A stretch of DNA of 64,000 nucleotides, from assembly GCF_006345805.1 (NCBI RefSeq), contig NC_042997.1:52390001-52454000 (forward strand). The letters run 5' to 3'. The notes under the pieces were generated by a model that saw only the letters and a program-made list of their open reading frames with translations, searched no databases and had not been told where the DNA came from. Below, in pieces: positions 13,661 to 26,125 of this stretch. Source of the DNA: Octopus sinensis (lineage: Eukaryota). A program made the position numbers and the translations under genes. How positions within the stretch are numbered: the stretch's first letter is position 1; each line of letters begins with the position of its first letter.

Positions 13661-14657
13661 TTAACTCTTCATTCATAATTCTTAAACAAATTATTAATAT
13701 CCAAGTTATCCAATCTTTCAGAAACAACTTAGGAAAATTTTCATTATATATCTTCACTGGCAAACACATCTGTCCTTTGGACGATTTAAGTTGCTTTGGT
13801 GATTTTTTTCACTTTGCTCCAGGTTCCACTTGAGCTCAGAAAGCCATTTGCTCAGTGGTATTTCCCATGAAGTAAATTTGAAGGAATCCGCATTCAGCGT
13901 TGTTGACAGGAAAAATAAAGTCAATCCAGTGATAGGTTTGGTCCTGAATTTTGAATGTTGGCATATAAGAGTCTTCATGAATGGGCTTGTGATTGAAACT
14001 TGTCATCTGAATGGCAGGGTTATAAGCGCGAATTTTCTGTATAAATTGCTGCAAATCAGTGTGTTGACTAAAGAGTAAAGAGAGGAAAGGCTGAGGAATG
14101 TTTTGCAGGTCAGGCAAGTAAACCTTTCCATTTAAACAGCATAGGCCACTGGGTTCTCCAACCCACTTGAGGGCCTTGTAAAATGGACATATTACAGACA
14201 TATTCCCTATAACAGTCTCTCGATGAGTGGCATAATCCTCGGCAGGATCATAGTTGAATACCTTTGATGCCCATTAACTACTTGATGGCTTGCAATAGCC
14301 ATGGGCAAGAGCCTTCTGGTGAACATTAGACTCAAGTCTCATCATCCAATGATTATCATCATCTGCCAACCTTGCAGCAGAAGTGGATGCAGTGGTGCAT
14401 GCCCAACGAATAGCACTCTCTTCTGGGGTTTCTTTGGCCCTCCTGGCAGAAGTGGATGCAGTGTTGCATGCGCAATGGATAGCACTCTTTTGTGGGGTTT
14501 CTGCACCCCTTTTGTCAGCAGCATGCTCTGGAGTGGTTGCAGCTCTTTTCAACAGTCTACAGGACCTCTGATCCTCAATTTTCTTAGCCTGCCAGCGCTG
14601 TTGCCTTGCTGCTGCAGAAGACTTTTTGCCAATGCGTGCTCCCTTTTTAGGTGGCAT
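13660..14657 (-). mobile_element. Helitron RepHel N-terminal coding fragment (pseudogenised)
   Basis: ORF 14274-14657 reads MPPKKGARIGK…with repeated ETPQKSAI/ETPEESAIRW motifs. ORF 13836-14201 reads ICPFYKALKW…GLCCLNGKV…IRAYNPAIQMTSF…PTFKIQDQTYH…FLQIYFMGN, the typical CxxC…CC and YNxxFQMTSF/FKIQGQxYH/FLQIYF Helitron motifs. Confidence 0.88.
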
Positions 14658-15339
14658 GCTTATATTATCTGGAAAAGGAAAATGGATTTTAGTGTACCAA
14701 ATGATTATCGATTCTATTATAAGCTAACAAAAGCCATTTTATTCTGTCTTCCCACATAGCCTGTGCATTAAGTAACAGCAAATGCTGTATAAAGTGAAAT
14801 TGGTATGGAGCTTTCTGAAAGGTACATATACACTAGTGATAGCAAAACACTTATTTAAAGGTTAATTCTTTGGGATGAATCATATGTGATTGTTTAAAAA
14901 AGGCTAGAACCTCAAAGCTAAAACATATTTGAAACAATGGACAGCAGTTAAAATGTCACAATGGATGGATAAATAAGCATCCTTAAAGTGAAATAATGCA
15001 TTGGTAGGTAAACAAAGATATCGACAAATAGAAGAGAGGAAATGGAACGTCACCTTTCAAGTAGCTCAGAAGAGGTAAAGGTAAGCTTGCCAAAGTTTAA
15101 TACAGCTTAAATATGGAGATTAAGATTGTTTGGTATTGGACATTCATCTTGTACAGTGTTCCTAGTCAATTTAATCACAGTCAAAAATATTCTCTAATGC
15201 CAAAATACTATGATACAGATTAAAAATGTATGAAAGTCTCTACATACAAAAAAATTATGTACACATGACAAATTTGGAAAATCTTTTAAATTTTTGGATA
15301 AATCTTTGAAATTAGCATAAACATTTATTTACATGAAAA

Positions 15340-15644
15340 CAAAATGACAGTTTCCAAATCCTGTTTCCTGACTGGATCACTGCGCAGGTGGACAGTCGAA
15401 GTAAATAGACAAAATCCTTTCACTTTTATAAAAAGATTAAAAATGTACAGATCACCCTACATACAAAAACCTATGTCCATTTACGTCCATTTACGCAGGA
15501 GCTCTGGGCAAAATGTTATAGTGCATGACCATCCTTGGGACATAACTGATGTGTGTGTAAAGTTTGATGAAAATCAGTTGAGAATTGTAGAAGTGTATGT
15601 GTTAGTCATTATACACACACATACTGTGATTTATATATACTAGA
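15340..15644 (-). mobile_element. Helitron-like 5' terminal region
   Basis: Minus strand begins A|TCTAGTATATATAAATCACAGTATGTGTGTG…ttctcaactgattttcatcaaactttac, a Helitron-type TC start after A. It lies ~1 kb upstream of, and co-oriented with, the RepHel ORF. Confidence 0.55.
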
Positions 15645-16241
15645 TTATATTCATTCCCTATCTAACCATTTCTCATTCACCCATACACTCTTACAACCAC
15701 AACCCACGTGTTCTATTCCCATTCACTTTTACTCACCTTTTACCTCAGTGTTCTATCCTGATAACTCACCATCACTATTTCTATTTCTGTCCAATTCTAC
15801 ACCAGTCACTCCCATCCTCACTTATGTAATAAGAGTAGACATGTTGCTCCTGCACAGCAGGAAACCTATTCCATTCTGGCCCCTTTTCTCATACTCTATT
15901 CCTTTATCTCCTGGAATAAAGCCACCCCACCTCTCTACTGTTACCCCGCTCAGTGAAAGAAGATCTTAGTTTTGCAAACTGCATGGCAACCCCACAACTG
16001 CTGGTATCTCAAGAAAATACCCTTATGCCAGGGTTGGCATTAGGAAGGGCATCTAGCCATAGAAACTATGCTAAAGTAGATATTAGAGTTCAAAGTGTCT
16101 TTAGACCTGTTGAATCCTGTCATGCTATCATATCATGAACCATAGATGTTAAATCATGATAATGTTGGTGATGGCAATGATGCTGATGCTGGTGGTGGTG
16201 GTGGTGGCGGCACAGGTGATGGTGGTGGTATGATTCCATCA

Positions 16242-16377
16242 ATGTATGCAACAATTTATTTATGAGGCCTTGAATTTAACTCATGAGAATTATGTATAAA
16301 ACTCATTTCCTAATGAATTTAATACATAATTCTCATGAGTTAATTTCAAGACCTCATCAATAAATTGTTACATACAT
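16242..16377. other. Long near-perfect palindrome/hairpin (~66-bp arms, 4-nt loop)
   Basis: atgtatgcaacaatttatttatgaggccttgaatttaactcatgagaattatgtat pairs with atacataattctcatgagttaatttcaagacctcatcaataaattgttacatacat, with a few mismatches. Confidence 0.9.
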
Positions 16378-17319
16378 AATTACATTATATAACAATATTT
16401 AATCAATCAAATTTCAATGAAGCAATTGTAAATTAATATAATAAAATAACTTGCTCACTCAATTGTCCCAGTTTGTAATTGTGTGTGTGTGTGTGTGTGT
16501 CTTTGATTAGATATCCTATGATGGTTATGAATGAGCATCACCTTCCTTTATGGTAATATTACCTTGCTTGCAAACGGTGACAAGAAGACATCCAACTGGA
16601 GATTTATTTACCTTTGAAAATATCACCTGACCCATGCAAGTATGGAGAAGTAAACGTTAATTGATGATGAGGATCTAAACTCGTTATTCATTAAGAAAAT
16701 ATTAATTTTTCATTTTATTCAATGTAGTGTATAACATAACAATACTTTCAGTTTTTTAGAAGCTTTCACTTTCACAGAAGCTTCTGCCTTAGTCAGTGTG
16801 GTTGAAGAGGAGAAGCTGGAAGTTAATTTCCAATGTTAGCCATGGAATTTTCCACTTCTGAACTAAACCCATGATGGTGGTTCCAGATTAACCATTCATT
16901 ACCCACTTAACACTCTAAACCGATCACAGCTATTTCTTACTCTATCTCTATATCATCATCATCATCATATTTTATTTATTTGTTATTTTATGTCTCACTT
17001 TTTTATATTTTGTTTTATTTTATTTATTGTTTTTTTTTTTGTTTTGTTTTTATTAATGCTTGCATGACTAGGTTGAATTTTTGCTTTAGGAGTGGAGTGG
17101 CAGTGAAGAACAACTGTTGTTAAAGGGAGATACTTCTCATACTGTAAACCATTCAACTGTAAAGTAAGAGTGCAGTCTGCTTTCATTCAGGCGAATTAAA
17201 TCATCTAATTTATCCAGAGACACCGCACAAATCCTATCATCATCATCGTCATCATCATCATAATTATTGATGGTGATGATGGTGATAACACTCCTGAAAT
17301 TTGTGGGAGGGGTAGTCAT

Positions 17320-18610
17320 TTTCATTGACCCACTCCACCCCAGATCGTGACTGGTACTTTATTTTATTGATCCTGAAAGGGTGAAAGGCAGAGTCAAATT
17401 TGGTGGAATTTGAACTCAGGCAGACAAAATGTTTAGCATGCTAATGTTTCTGCTAGCTTGCTACTTTAATAATAATAATAATAATCCTTTCTACTAAAGG
17501 CACAAGACCTGAAATTTTGGGTGAGGGAACTAGTCAATTACATTGACCCCAGTGTTTCACTGGCACTTAATTTATCAAACATGAAAGGATGAAAGGCAAA
17601 GTCGACCTGGGCAAAATTTGAACTCAGAACGTAGCGACAAGTGAAATACTGCTATGTATTTCATCTGACATGCTAACAATTCTACCAGCTCGCTACCTTA
17701 ATAATAATGATAATGATGATATAATAATAATAATAGTTTCAAATTATGGCACAAGGCCAGTGATTTTGGGGGAAGGGGTAAGCCGATGACATCAACCCCA
17801 GTGTTCAACTGGTACTTATTTTATCAACCCCTAAGGATAAAAGGTAAAGTTGACCTTCAAGGAGTTTGAACTCAGAACATAAAGACAGAGAAAATGCCCC
17901 AAAGCATTTTACCCAGTGTGCTAATGATTCTGCCAGCTAGCCACCTTAATAATAATAATAATGGTTTCAAATTTTGGCACAAGGCCAGCAATTTTAGGGG
18001 ATAAATCAATTACATCAGCCCCCACGTTTGTTTAGTATTTCTTTTATCAACCCCAAAAGGATGAAAGGCAAAGTTGACTTTGGCAGAATTTGAATCTGAA
18101 CATAATGATGGGCAAAATGCCATTAGCCAATTTGTCTGGTGTGCTAATGATTCTGCCAGCTTGCTACCTTAACCCTTTCGTTATTGTATTTCTGTTGAGA
18201 TGCCCTGTGTTTCTTTCAATTACTTTAAATATAACAAAGAATTTAGTAAAATAACTTGGTTATCATTCAGCTAGTGTTAGGAGCATAAATTGTGACTAAG
18301 ATTTGGGGGAAGATTTTAATTCAAAACTTATGAAAACAAGACATTTGTACTCAGAGCCAGAGCTGGTTTCAGCCAGGTTGGTAACGAAAGGGTTAATAAT
18401 AATAATAAGAATGGTTCTGATTCATGTACAAGACCAGCAATTTTGAAGAGGAGGAGATTAGCCAATATCATCAAACCCAGTACTTGACTGATGTGTTATT
18501 TTATTGACCCCCAAAGGATGAAAAGAAAAGTTGACCTTGATGGGATTTGAAATCCAGAACATAAAGCACCAGTAGAAATACTGCAAAGCATTTTTGTCCT
18601 ATGCTCTAAC
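17320..18610 (-). mobile_element. Head-to-tail cluster of ~5 tRNA-derived SINE family B copies with (ATT)n tails
   Basis: Repeated ~230-250 bp units (…ggatgaaaggcaaagttgac…tttgaactcagaac…gctaatgattctgccagc) separated by (TAA)n. The B-box-like GAGTTCAAAT lies on the minus strand. Confidence 0.85.
18173..18392. mobile_element. piggyBac-like MITE family 1 (220 bp)
   Basis: TTAA on both sides (18169-18172, 18393-18396), CCC…GGG termini and an 11-bp perfect TIR CCCTTTCGTTA. Confidence 0.88.
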
Positions 18611-18619
18611 TGTTCTGCT

Positions 18620-19192
18620 ACATGTGGAGACAGCCAAAAGAAGCATTTGACCCAGACTGCTTTCTTCCAACTATTAAAGATGGAGGAGGACCTGTGATGG
18701 GGGTGTATATCTTGGAAATCCGCCAGCCCAATGGTTTCCCTTCATGGCAGAATTAATAGTCAAGTATTTTATCTGATCAAATTCATCCTATGTTTGCAGA
18801 ACTGTTTCCGGAGGGAAATGCAATCTTTCAGGATGATAATGCACCAATTCATGCAGCTAAAGTTGTTACTGAATGACACGAGGAACATTCTAGTGAAGTT
18901 GAACATCTTATCTGGCCACCACAACTCCCAGATCTCAATATTATTGGACATTTATGGTGCATTATAGAAAAACAAGTAAGGAGTCGATATCCTCCACCAT
19001 CATCACTACAAGAACTGGAGACTGTTTTAGCTGAAGACTGGATAAAAATTCGTTTGGAAACAATTTAAACTTTGTATGAGTCCATACCTCATAGATTTCA
19101 AGCTGTAATTACTGCCAAAGGCGGTCCTACCCCATATTAAGATAAATTTGTTTGAAATTTTAAGGTATTTCCATTATTTTGTCCAACCCCTG
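18620..19192 (+). mobile_element. Tc1-like transposase 3' relic with right TIR
   Basis: Translation reads FQDDNAPIH…WPPQLPDLNIIGHLW…RFQAVITAKGGPTPY*. The element ends ttttgtccaacccctg|TA and has internal stops. Confidence 0.9.
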
Positions 19193-19439
19193 TATACAGA
19201 GGCAGGGAAATTTGTTTAGTCATTAGAGTCACTATGGGTGTTAATCCAGTCCTAATAGCAGCATTTGTGGGTCTCACAGATCTGGAAGCCAAGCTCCCAG
19301 ATAAACACTGATGCACAGGCTGTTGTTATCAAACGGAACATGAGTTGAGGGCAAATACACAACAGAATAGCAATTATTTCATCTGCATTTTTGCCTTACA
19401 ATATGAAACATTTCCTTTTCTTTCACTCTTTTTAAAAAA

Positions 19440-19748
19440 TGGCACTCTGTCAGTTATGACAATGAGGTTCCTGTTTATCTGATCAACAGAACAGTCTGCT
19501 CATAAAACTAATGTACAAGTGGCTGAGTACTCCACAGACATGCATACGATAATATACTTCTCAGAGAGAAAATGTGACAAGGCTGGTCCCTTTGAATTAT
19601 AACTACAACTTATTTTTGCCAGCTGAGTGGATTACAGCAAGATGAAGAAGAGTACCTTGCTCAAGAACACAGTGTGCCACAGGGAATCATACTCGTGACT
19701 TTATGATCGTGGGCCAAATACCCTTAACCATTGAGCCATGCACCTCCA
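19440..19748 (-). mobile_element. tRNA-derived SINE family C
   Basis: Homologous to 40965-41283 (tttgccagctgagt…gcaa…ttgctcaag). The head on minus is gtggaggtgcatggctcaatggttaagg. Confidence 0.7.
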
Positions 19749-20139
19749 CACTCTTAACCATAGAGAAAAGGTGTGAAGCAATAGAGACAGAGAAAGGAAA
19801 GCCTCAGTCATTTACAATGACAATTAGACTTGATTTTTTTTAGCTTCTTTACTTTTAACAAAGAAGAGGGAAGGACATTTAGTAATGAATAGAGGAAAAG
19901 TCTTTCAGGTATTTACGCTTTTATTCTGGGAGTTCTAGAACAATCAAGTGTTAATTCTCTCTTCTTTCCCCCACCCCCAGTACTTATTCGACTTTCATAG
20001 TTCATGTCTATTAGTTTGTGGGGGGGGGGAGACCATGTTTTTGTTTTGAGGCACATTTAACGTTTCTCTACAAACTACAAACAAACCTCCCCTCCCTTTT
20101 TTTTTATTCATACAAGAACTACTGCAAATTTCCAATGGC

Positions 20140-20220
20140 AGAGTGTCTTCTACTATAGCCTCAGGTAACCAAAGCCTCGTGAGTGAATTTGGTAAACAGA
20201 AACTGAAAGAAGCCCATCAC

Positions 20221-20270
<50 letters not shown>

Positions 20271-20450
20271 ATATATGTATATATCTATCTGTGTGTGTTT
20301 GTGTCTGTGTTTATCTCCCTACCATCATTTGCTTGACAACAAATGTTGATGTGTTTGCATCCCCGTAATGTAGCTGTTCAGCAGAAGAGATTCATAGAAT
20401 TAGCACCGGTCTTACAGGGAATAAGTCAAGGGTTGATTTCTTCAACTAAA
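20140..20450 (+). mobile_element. SINE family A body and 3' part
   Basis: gtgtcttctactatagcctcagg…gtgagtgaatttggtaaacagaaactgaaagaagccc, an internal TA/TG microsatellite, then the 3' domain. Confidence 0.8.
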
Positions 20451-20454
20451 TGGC

Positions 20455-21290
20455 GGTGATATGGGATGAGGTGGTGTAGCATGATTTTCAAATGTTGGGC
20501 CTCATGGAGGCGATAAGTGACTGAGACCTTTGGTGATATGCTGTGCTTCAGAAGACTTGTCAAGCTAACTGTGGCTGTTGCCATTGTCATGTAAATGGCA
20601 CCCATGAAATTGTAGTCATGGCTGTTACCGGTAGCATAATCTTTCGAATGTTGGGCCTCACAAAGGCAATGAGCAGTGACCGAATCCTTGACAATGCTGT
20701 GCTGAGAAGATTTGTCAAACCAAGTGAAATTATAGTCAGCCGTGGCCATTATTGGTGTCATGTAAACGGTACCCTGCTGGTGTAAATGGCATGTAAAAGC
20801 ACTCATTACACTCTTGGAGTGGTTGACATTAGGAAGGACATTTAGCCATAGAAACCATGCCAAATCAGACTGCAACCTGGTGCAGCTTCCAGCTTACCAG
20901 TTCCAGTCAAACCATCTAACCCATGCCAGCATGGAAAGCAGACATTAAATGATGATGATGATGATGATGACATATATATATATATATACATATATAGATA
21001 AATAAATATCAAATAAAAATTGTAGTTGTGATATCTGTGCCCGTGGCACGTAAAAAGCACCATCCGAACGTGGCCGATTCCAGTGCCGCCTTGACTGGCT
21101 TCTGTGTCGGTGGCATGTAAAAAGCACCCACTACACTCATGGAGCGGTTGGCGTTAGGAAGGGCATCAAGCTGTAGAAAGACTGCAAGATCAGACTGGAA
21201 CCTAGTGTAGCCTCCTGGCTTCCCAGACCCCAGTCGAACCATCCAACCCATGCTAGCACGGAAAACGGACGTTAAACGATGATGATGATG
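20455..21290 (+). mobile_element. Two tandem RTE 3' ends with (GAT)n tails
   Basis: C-terminal WDEVV-HDF…LGL segment plus the 3' UTR ending gacattaaatgatgatgat (~20970) and cggacgttaaacgatgatgat (~21290). Confidence 0.85.
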
Positions 21291-21967
21291 ATATATATAT
21301 ATCTATATATATATATGCACTCATGCAATAAGCAGAGTATAACTGCTAGATAAAGAGCTTAGCTTATTAGCTGTGTAAATGAGATGCTCTTTTGTTCTTT
21401 GATGCAGCTTTTGTGAAAGTTTTATTTGATCTGTAGACTGCCAATAGCTTAAAATGAAATTGCTACTCATATCTGTTGCTTAGTTCAGCTTGGGAAGCTG
21501 CCTGGAATTTCTTTTTCTTTTCACTATGATACTGTTAAATTTACTAAATTACTTTGTCATAATACTATAATGGTTAACAATGAAGGCCTACATCAAGCAA
21601 ACATGATTTTTATTTAAAATCATTAGAAAGGACATCTACCCATAGAAACCATGCCAGAGATGACACTGAAACTCAGTGAAGCATTGCTGCTTACAAGTTC
21701 TAGTCACACTGTCCAACCCATGCCAGCATGGAAAGTGGATGCTAAATGATGATTATCATTAGGATTGCTAGCTACATTGTCATTGTCATCAACATTACCA
21801 TCATGTTTCTTTCTCTTTTTTTAGGCTTCAAAAATAGGTGTGGAAGGTAACACATTGCTAAAGGTGCTTTGTTGTATTTCTGTTTTATGATATATTGGCT
21901 TTACTTTACTGTAAGAAATATTTATTTGCTACTTTGCAACAAAGCCAGAAATTGGTGTAGGGGTTAA

Positions 21968-22188
21968 CCCTTTAGCATTCAAACCGGCCATATCCGGCTA
22001 GAATATTTAACCCGTTTTATGTTGAAAGTGACCAGAGCTCGCCTCTTACCTCAGCCCTACCATGTCATTCTAAAACTAAAAAAATCACATCACTGCAATC
22101 TCTAAACTACAAGATAATACATGATTAATTCAAAACAATATAATTAAACAAACATCACATTTGACAGAATAATCTGAACACTAAAGGG
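21968..22188. mobile_element. piggyBac-like MITE family 2 (221 bp)
   Basis: TTAA flanks (21964-21967, 22189-22192) and a 14-bp TIR CCCTTTAGCATTCA/CCCTTTAGTGTTCA. Confidence 0.85.
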
Positions 22189-22449
22189 TTAAACATTAAT
22201 TTATATTTACTCCAGTACTTGACTGGTAGCTGTTTTATCAACCCGGGAATGAAAAAAGACATCAACCTCATCAGAGTTTGAACTCAATGTAAAGGTACAC
22301 AACTAAATACACCACTCTACTGATTCTCACATGAGAATTTTTACAAAGAAATTACCTATGGACAAACTAGTGTAATCTCTGATGTATGTGTTGACTTTCA
22401 CCCTTTACAAACTTGAAGCTAGCAGCATCAGTCTTACAGAGATAAGCGA

Positions 22450-22639
22450 GCAGGCCAACAGAAGAAAGAATGAAAGAAAGAGTGGTGAAAGGGTACAGCA
22501 GGGATCACCACCCGCTGCCGGAGCCTCATGGAGCTTTTAAGGTGTTTTCGCTCAATAAACACTCACAATGGGAATCGAAACCGCGATCCTATGACCGCGA
22601 GTCCGCTGCCCTAACCACTGGGCCATTGCGCCTCCACAT
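22450..22639 (-). mobile_element. Young tRNA-derived SINE family D
   Basis: Minus strand reads gtggaggcgcaaTGGCCCAGTGGttagggcagcgg…GGTTTCGATTCCC (A and B boxes). CpGs are retained and the tail is (CTTT)-rich. Confidence 0.8.
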
Positions 22640-23013
22640 ATATATATATATATAAAATATATAGATACATAGTGTCATATAAACATGTACATACATGTTT
22701 AGGTGTGTCTACATTTGGTGAATGCAATTCTTTATGTATCCATGTATGCATGTGCATTTATATATATATTCCAGAGTTAAGTGAATTGTTTTTGTATAAC
22801 GTGGATAAATTAAGAAATGTAGTTGAATGCAGGTATTATTCAACCATTTCTTAATTTATCCATGCTATACAAAAACAATTCACTTAACCCTGAAATTTCT
22901 ACCTTTATTAGTAGGCTGTAATATCTTCGGCACTTATGTGAACTTTTGCTACCCTGGTAACTATTTATTTACTTTTTCCTTGTTATATGTACACATTGAA
23001 AAATATATATTAT

Positions 23014-23258
23014 ATCATCATCATCATCATCATCATTTAACGTCCGCTTTCCATGCTAGCATGGGTTGGACGGTTCAACTGGGGTCTGGGGAGCCCGAAA
23101 GCTGCACCAGTCCAGTCAGATCTGGCAGTGTTTCTACAGCTGGATGCCCTTCCTAACGCCAACCACTCCGAGAGTGTAGTGGGTGATTTTATGTGCCACC
23201 GACACAGGTGCCAGACGAGGCTGACAAACGGCCACGCTCGGATGGTGTTTTTTATGTG

Positions 23259-23263
<5 letters not shown>
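23014..23263 (-). mobile_element. RTE 3' UTR with (GAT)n tail
   Basis: catcatcat…ttaacgtccgctttccatgctagcatggg…ggatgcccttcctaacgccaacc, the same family as 21010-21290. Confidence 0.85.
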
Positions 23264-23313
<50 letters not shown>

Positions 23314-25904
23314 GTAGTGAACCGTGATCGGAAATTCAACAAAAAAGTAGGGGTGAAAGTGTATTTGCAAGCTGATTTAATTTCTGCCAACACTGGCTTC
23401 AAGTATGTAATTGCAGCCAATAACTTGGGCTCCTTTTATCGAGCCTGGTTGCAGTTTATTTATTTTCATTCGGCATCTACTGGTTGTCTTAGAGGTGTCC
23501 TGTGTCAAAAAAAATCAATCGTAGCAGACGTTCTCTTGACATCATTCACTTGCGCCTGACTGGGTTCAGAAGTTACAGCCTGAGTTGTTATCTATAATCA
23601 TAAAAATTAAAACTAATTCAAATTCAATTTTTTATTGAAACAATAAATTTCTCTGGAGATTAGGATTTAAATTCCAATCTATGAAAAGTTTCCATTCTAC
23701 AATATTCTTAAAGGAACAAAAAATTATCCAGAAACTCGGCCTTATACAAATGAGCCTAGTAGGTGTAAAAGACTAACTGGCATCTCTTGTCAAGAGTACA
23801 GGCAATGTTTGTTGTGCACCCGGCTCTCGTTATTTGATTGCTGTTATTCTGTGCATCTGTGTATAAAAATCAGTTGTGTTTTGCAGGGTTGCTTTATTTT
23901 TACCCTTAAATTAGAAACGGAGAAAATCATAGTGCTAGATATAAAAAGTAAGCCATTTGGGGTTAGAAATATTAGGGGAAAATGTGAAATTCTTCAAGCA
24001 GGCGTGTGTCTTATGTGGAATCTGTGATGAGCTTGAGTGACGCTGATGACCTGGAGTTGCATCTGATGTGTGTGTGTGTATGTATGCATATGTATTATAT
24101 TATGTGATTGAATGTCACGCATCCATTTCCAAGTTTATCTTAATGTTTTTGATGCAATACTGTTTTCTTCCCTGATTGTTTTCTCTCTCATCCTTCCTCT
24201 AATTCCCTTTTTTCCTCCCCTTCACTGTTTTCTATCTGTCTCTCTCTTTCTCCCCTCTTTCTCCTTTACTCTCTCTCTCATTGCTCACACATGACCATCA
24301 TCCATCTTTCTTTTCTTTCAGGACTGGGCGTATCCTATAGCTCTCTCTTCTATCTTTTCTTTTGTCAAAGAAAATATTTCTTCAGCATTCACATACATAC
24401 ATACATGCTAGTGAAAGAGTTTATTCCATGTAACATCTTTCAACTTAAATACATGCATTTTTATTTGTGTGACTGTGTCTGTGTATGTGTGTATGTATAC
24501 TTCCACTATGGAGCTTATAGAAATGATGAGCCCCAAGATGGTCTAAGGCTCTTCTGCTTTATATGGATATCTTGGCGTTCTTTACCTTTGTAAGTTCTTC
24601 TGGCATGGTATTATTTACAATAATGGTTGTGGTAATTGTAATGGTGTTATCACTAGTACTAACACCATCATAGTCACCATGCTGGACAATACAGTTCCTA
24701 ATATACAATAACAACAACAAAAAAATAAAACAAAATTGTCTCTGGTGGAACACTTTTGATGATAAAAGACAGTAGCTACATCAAAGAACAAAGGCAAAGG
24801 ATGTTGTTTTCCTTATATCTTAATATTGTCAAGTTCTGTGGTGTGGATCACATGATATCCACACTACTATTATCACTACCACCACCACCACCACTACCAA
24901 TTCTATGGCCAACACTACAACTACTACCAGTATTATCCTCACCACTATTACACTATCACTCCCATCAGCAACAACTCTATGACTGTTAATACTATCGCTG
25001 TAACCACTACTACTGTAACTATCACTGCTGGTACAACTAGTAGTGGTGGCAGTATTAATGAATGAGTACTCGCACTTGTTTTACATCATCATCTCTTCCT
25101 TTTTCTTTTCTTTATTCTCTCACAATGTCTTTTTCTTGTACACACACACACACACACACACGTGATCATGCAGATGTATGGAAGTGGATTGTTTGATCTT
25201 CCATACTTAACAACTATCTCACTACTTCTTTCTTGCTTTGATTATTTGTAACTGCCTGTTTGCCTGTCTCTCTTTTCTTATGTCTATTTCTTTCACTCTC
25301 ACTCTCTTGTATTATTTTTATCACTGTCTATTTCTTCCCTCTCTGACCTTAGCATACAAAGAAACTAATGCAGCTAGCTATGCAGTAGAGACTTCCAGGA
25401 GAGAAGTACACATACTAAGATGTTTCACAAATTTATATGAAAATGTTGTTGCTATCTGCATACATGACTATCAACCAATCATATATAACATAGCTTCTGG
25501 ACATACTTCTAAAGACAGATTTATATATCTGATGAGGGCTGCCAGTAATTCAATCTGTTCATGAACTGAATGCCTTCATTATTGTTTGGATGCAGCAAGA
25601 AACATCTCTTCAACCCATACATTTCAACTGTTGTTGTTCGCTTAATAATTTACTCTTATAGTTAATATCAGTTTACAAATAACAAATGCTATATAGCTTT
25701 CCTTTCATTTCTTTCACTTCAAAAGTATTTGCTCTTTCTACAATTTGATAAAAGAATTGCACAGCAACAACAACAACAGCAATAATTATTTTATTATTAT
25801 TATTTTTTTAATTTATGGATGAAGTATAAATGGGAAGCTATGATAATTTTGCATTTCAGTTTTAACTTCAAGAACTTATAATCTATTGAGTGGACACCAA
25901 AGTG

Positions 25905-26125
25905 TTGACCAGTAGAGCTAAACCTTCATGAGGTCTGCAGTAAAATATGAATGTTTGAGTGATTATATCTTGACCAAATTCTTGACCAGTAGAGTTAAAC
26001 CTTCATGAGGTCTGCAGTAAAATATGAACGTTTGAGTGATTATATCTTGACCAAATTCTTGACCAGTAGAGTTAAACCTTCATGAGGTCTGCAGTAAAAT
26101 ATGAACGTTTGAGTGATTATATCTT
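25905..26125. repeat. 77-bp tandem repeat, ~2.9 copies
   Basis: Unit ttgaccagtagag(c/t)taaaccttcatgaggtctgcag…ttgaccaaattc starts at 25905, 25982 and 26059. Confidence 0.95.

Noticed and set aside
22560-22639. Possible tRNA gene
   Set aside because: A and B boxes are present, but there is no complete cloverleaf or acceptor stem, and it continues into a SINE body.
25905-26125. Possible CRISPR-like array
   Set aside because: The units are nearly identical with no unique spacers, and the context is eukaryotic. It is a simple tandem repeat.
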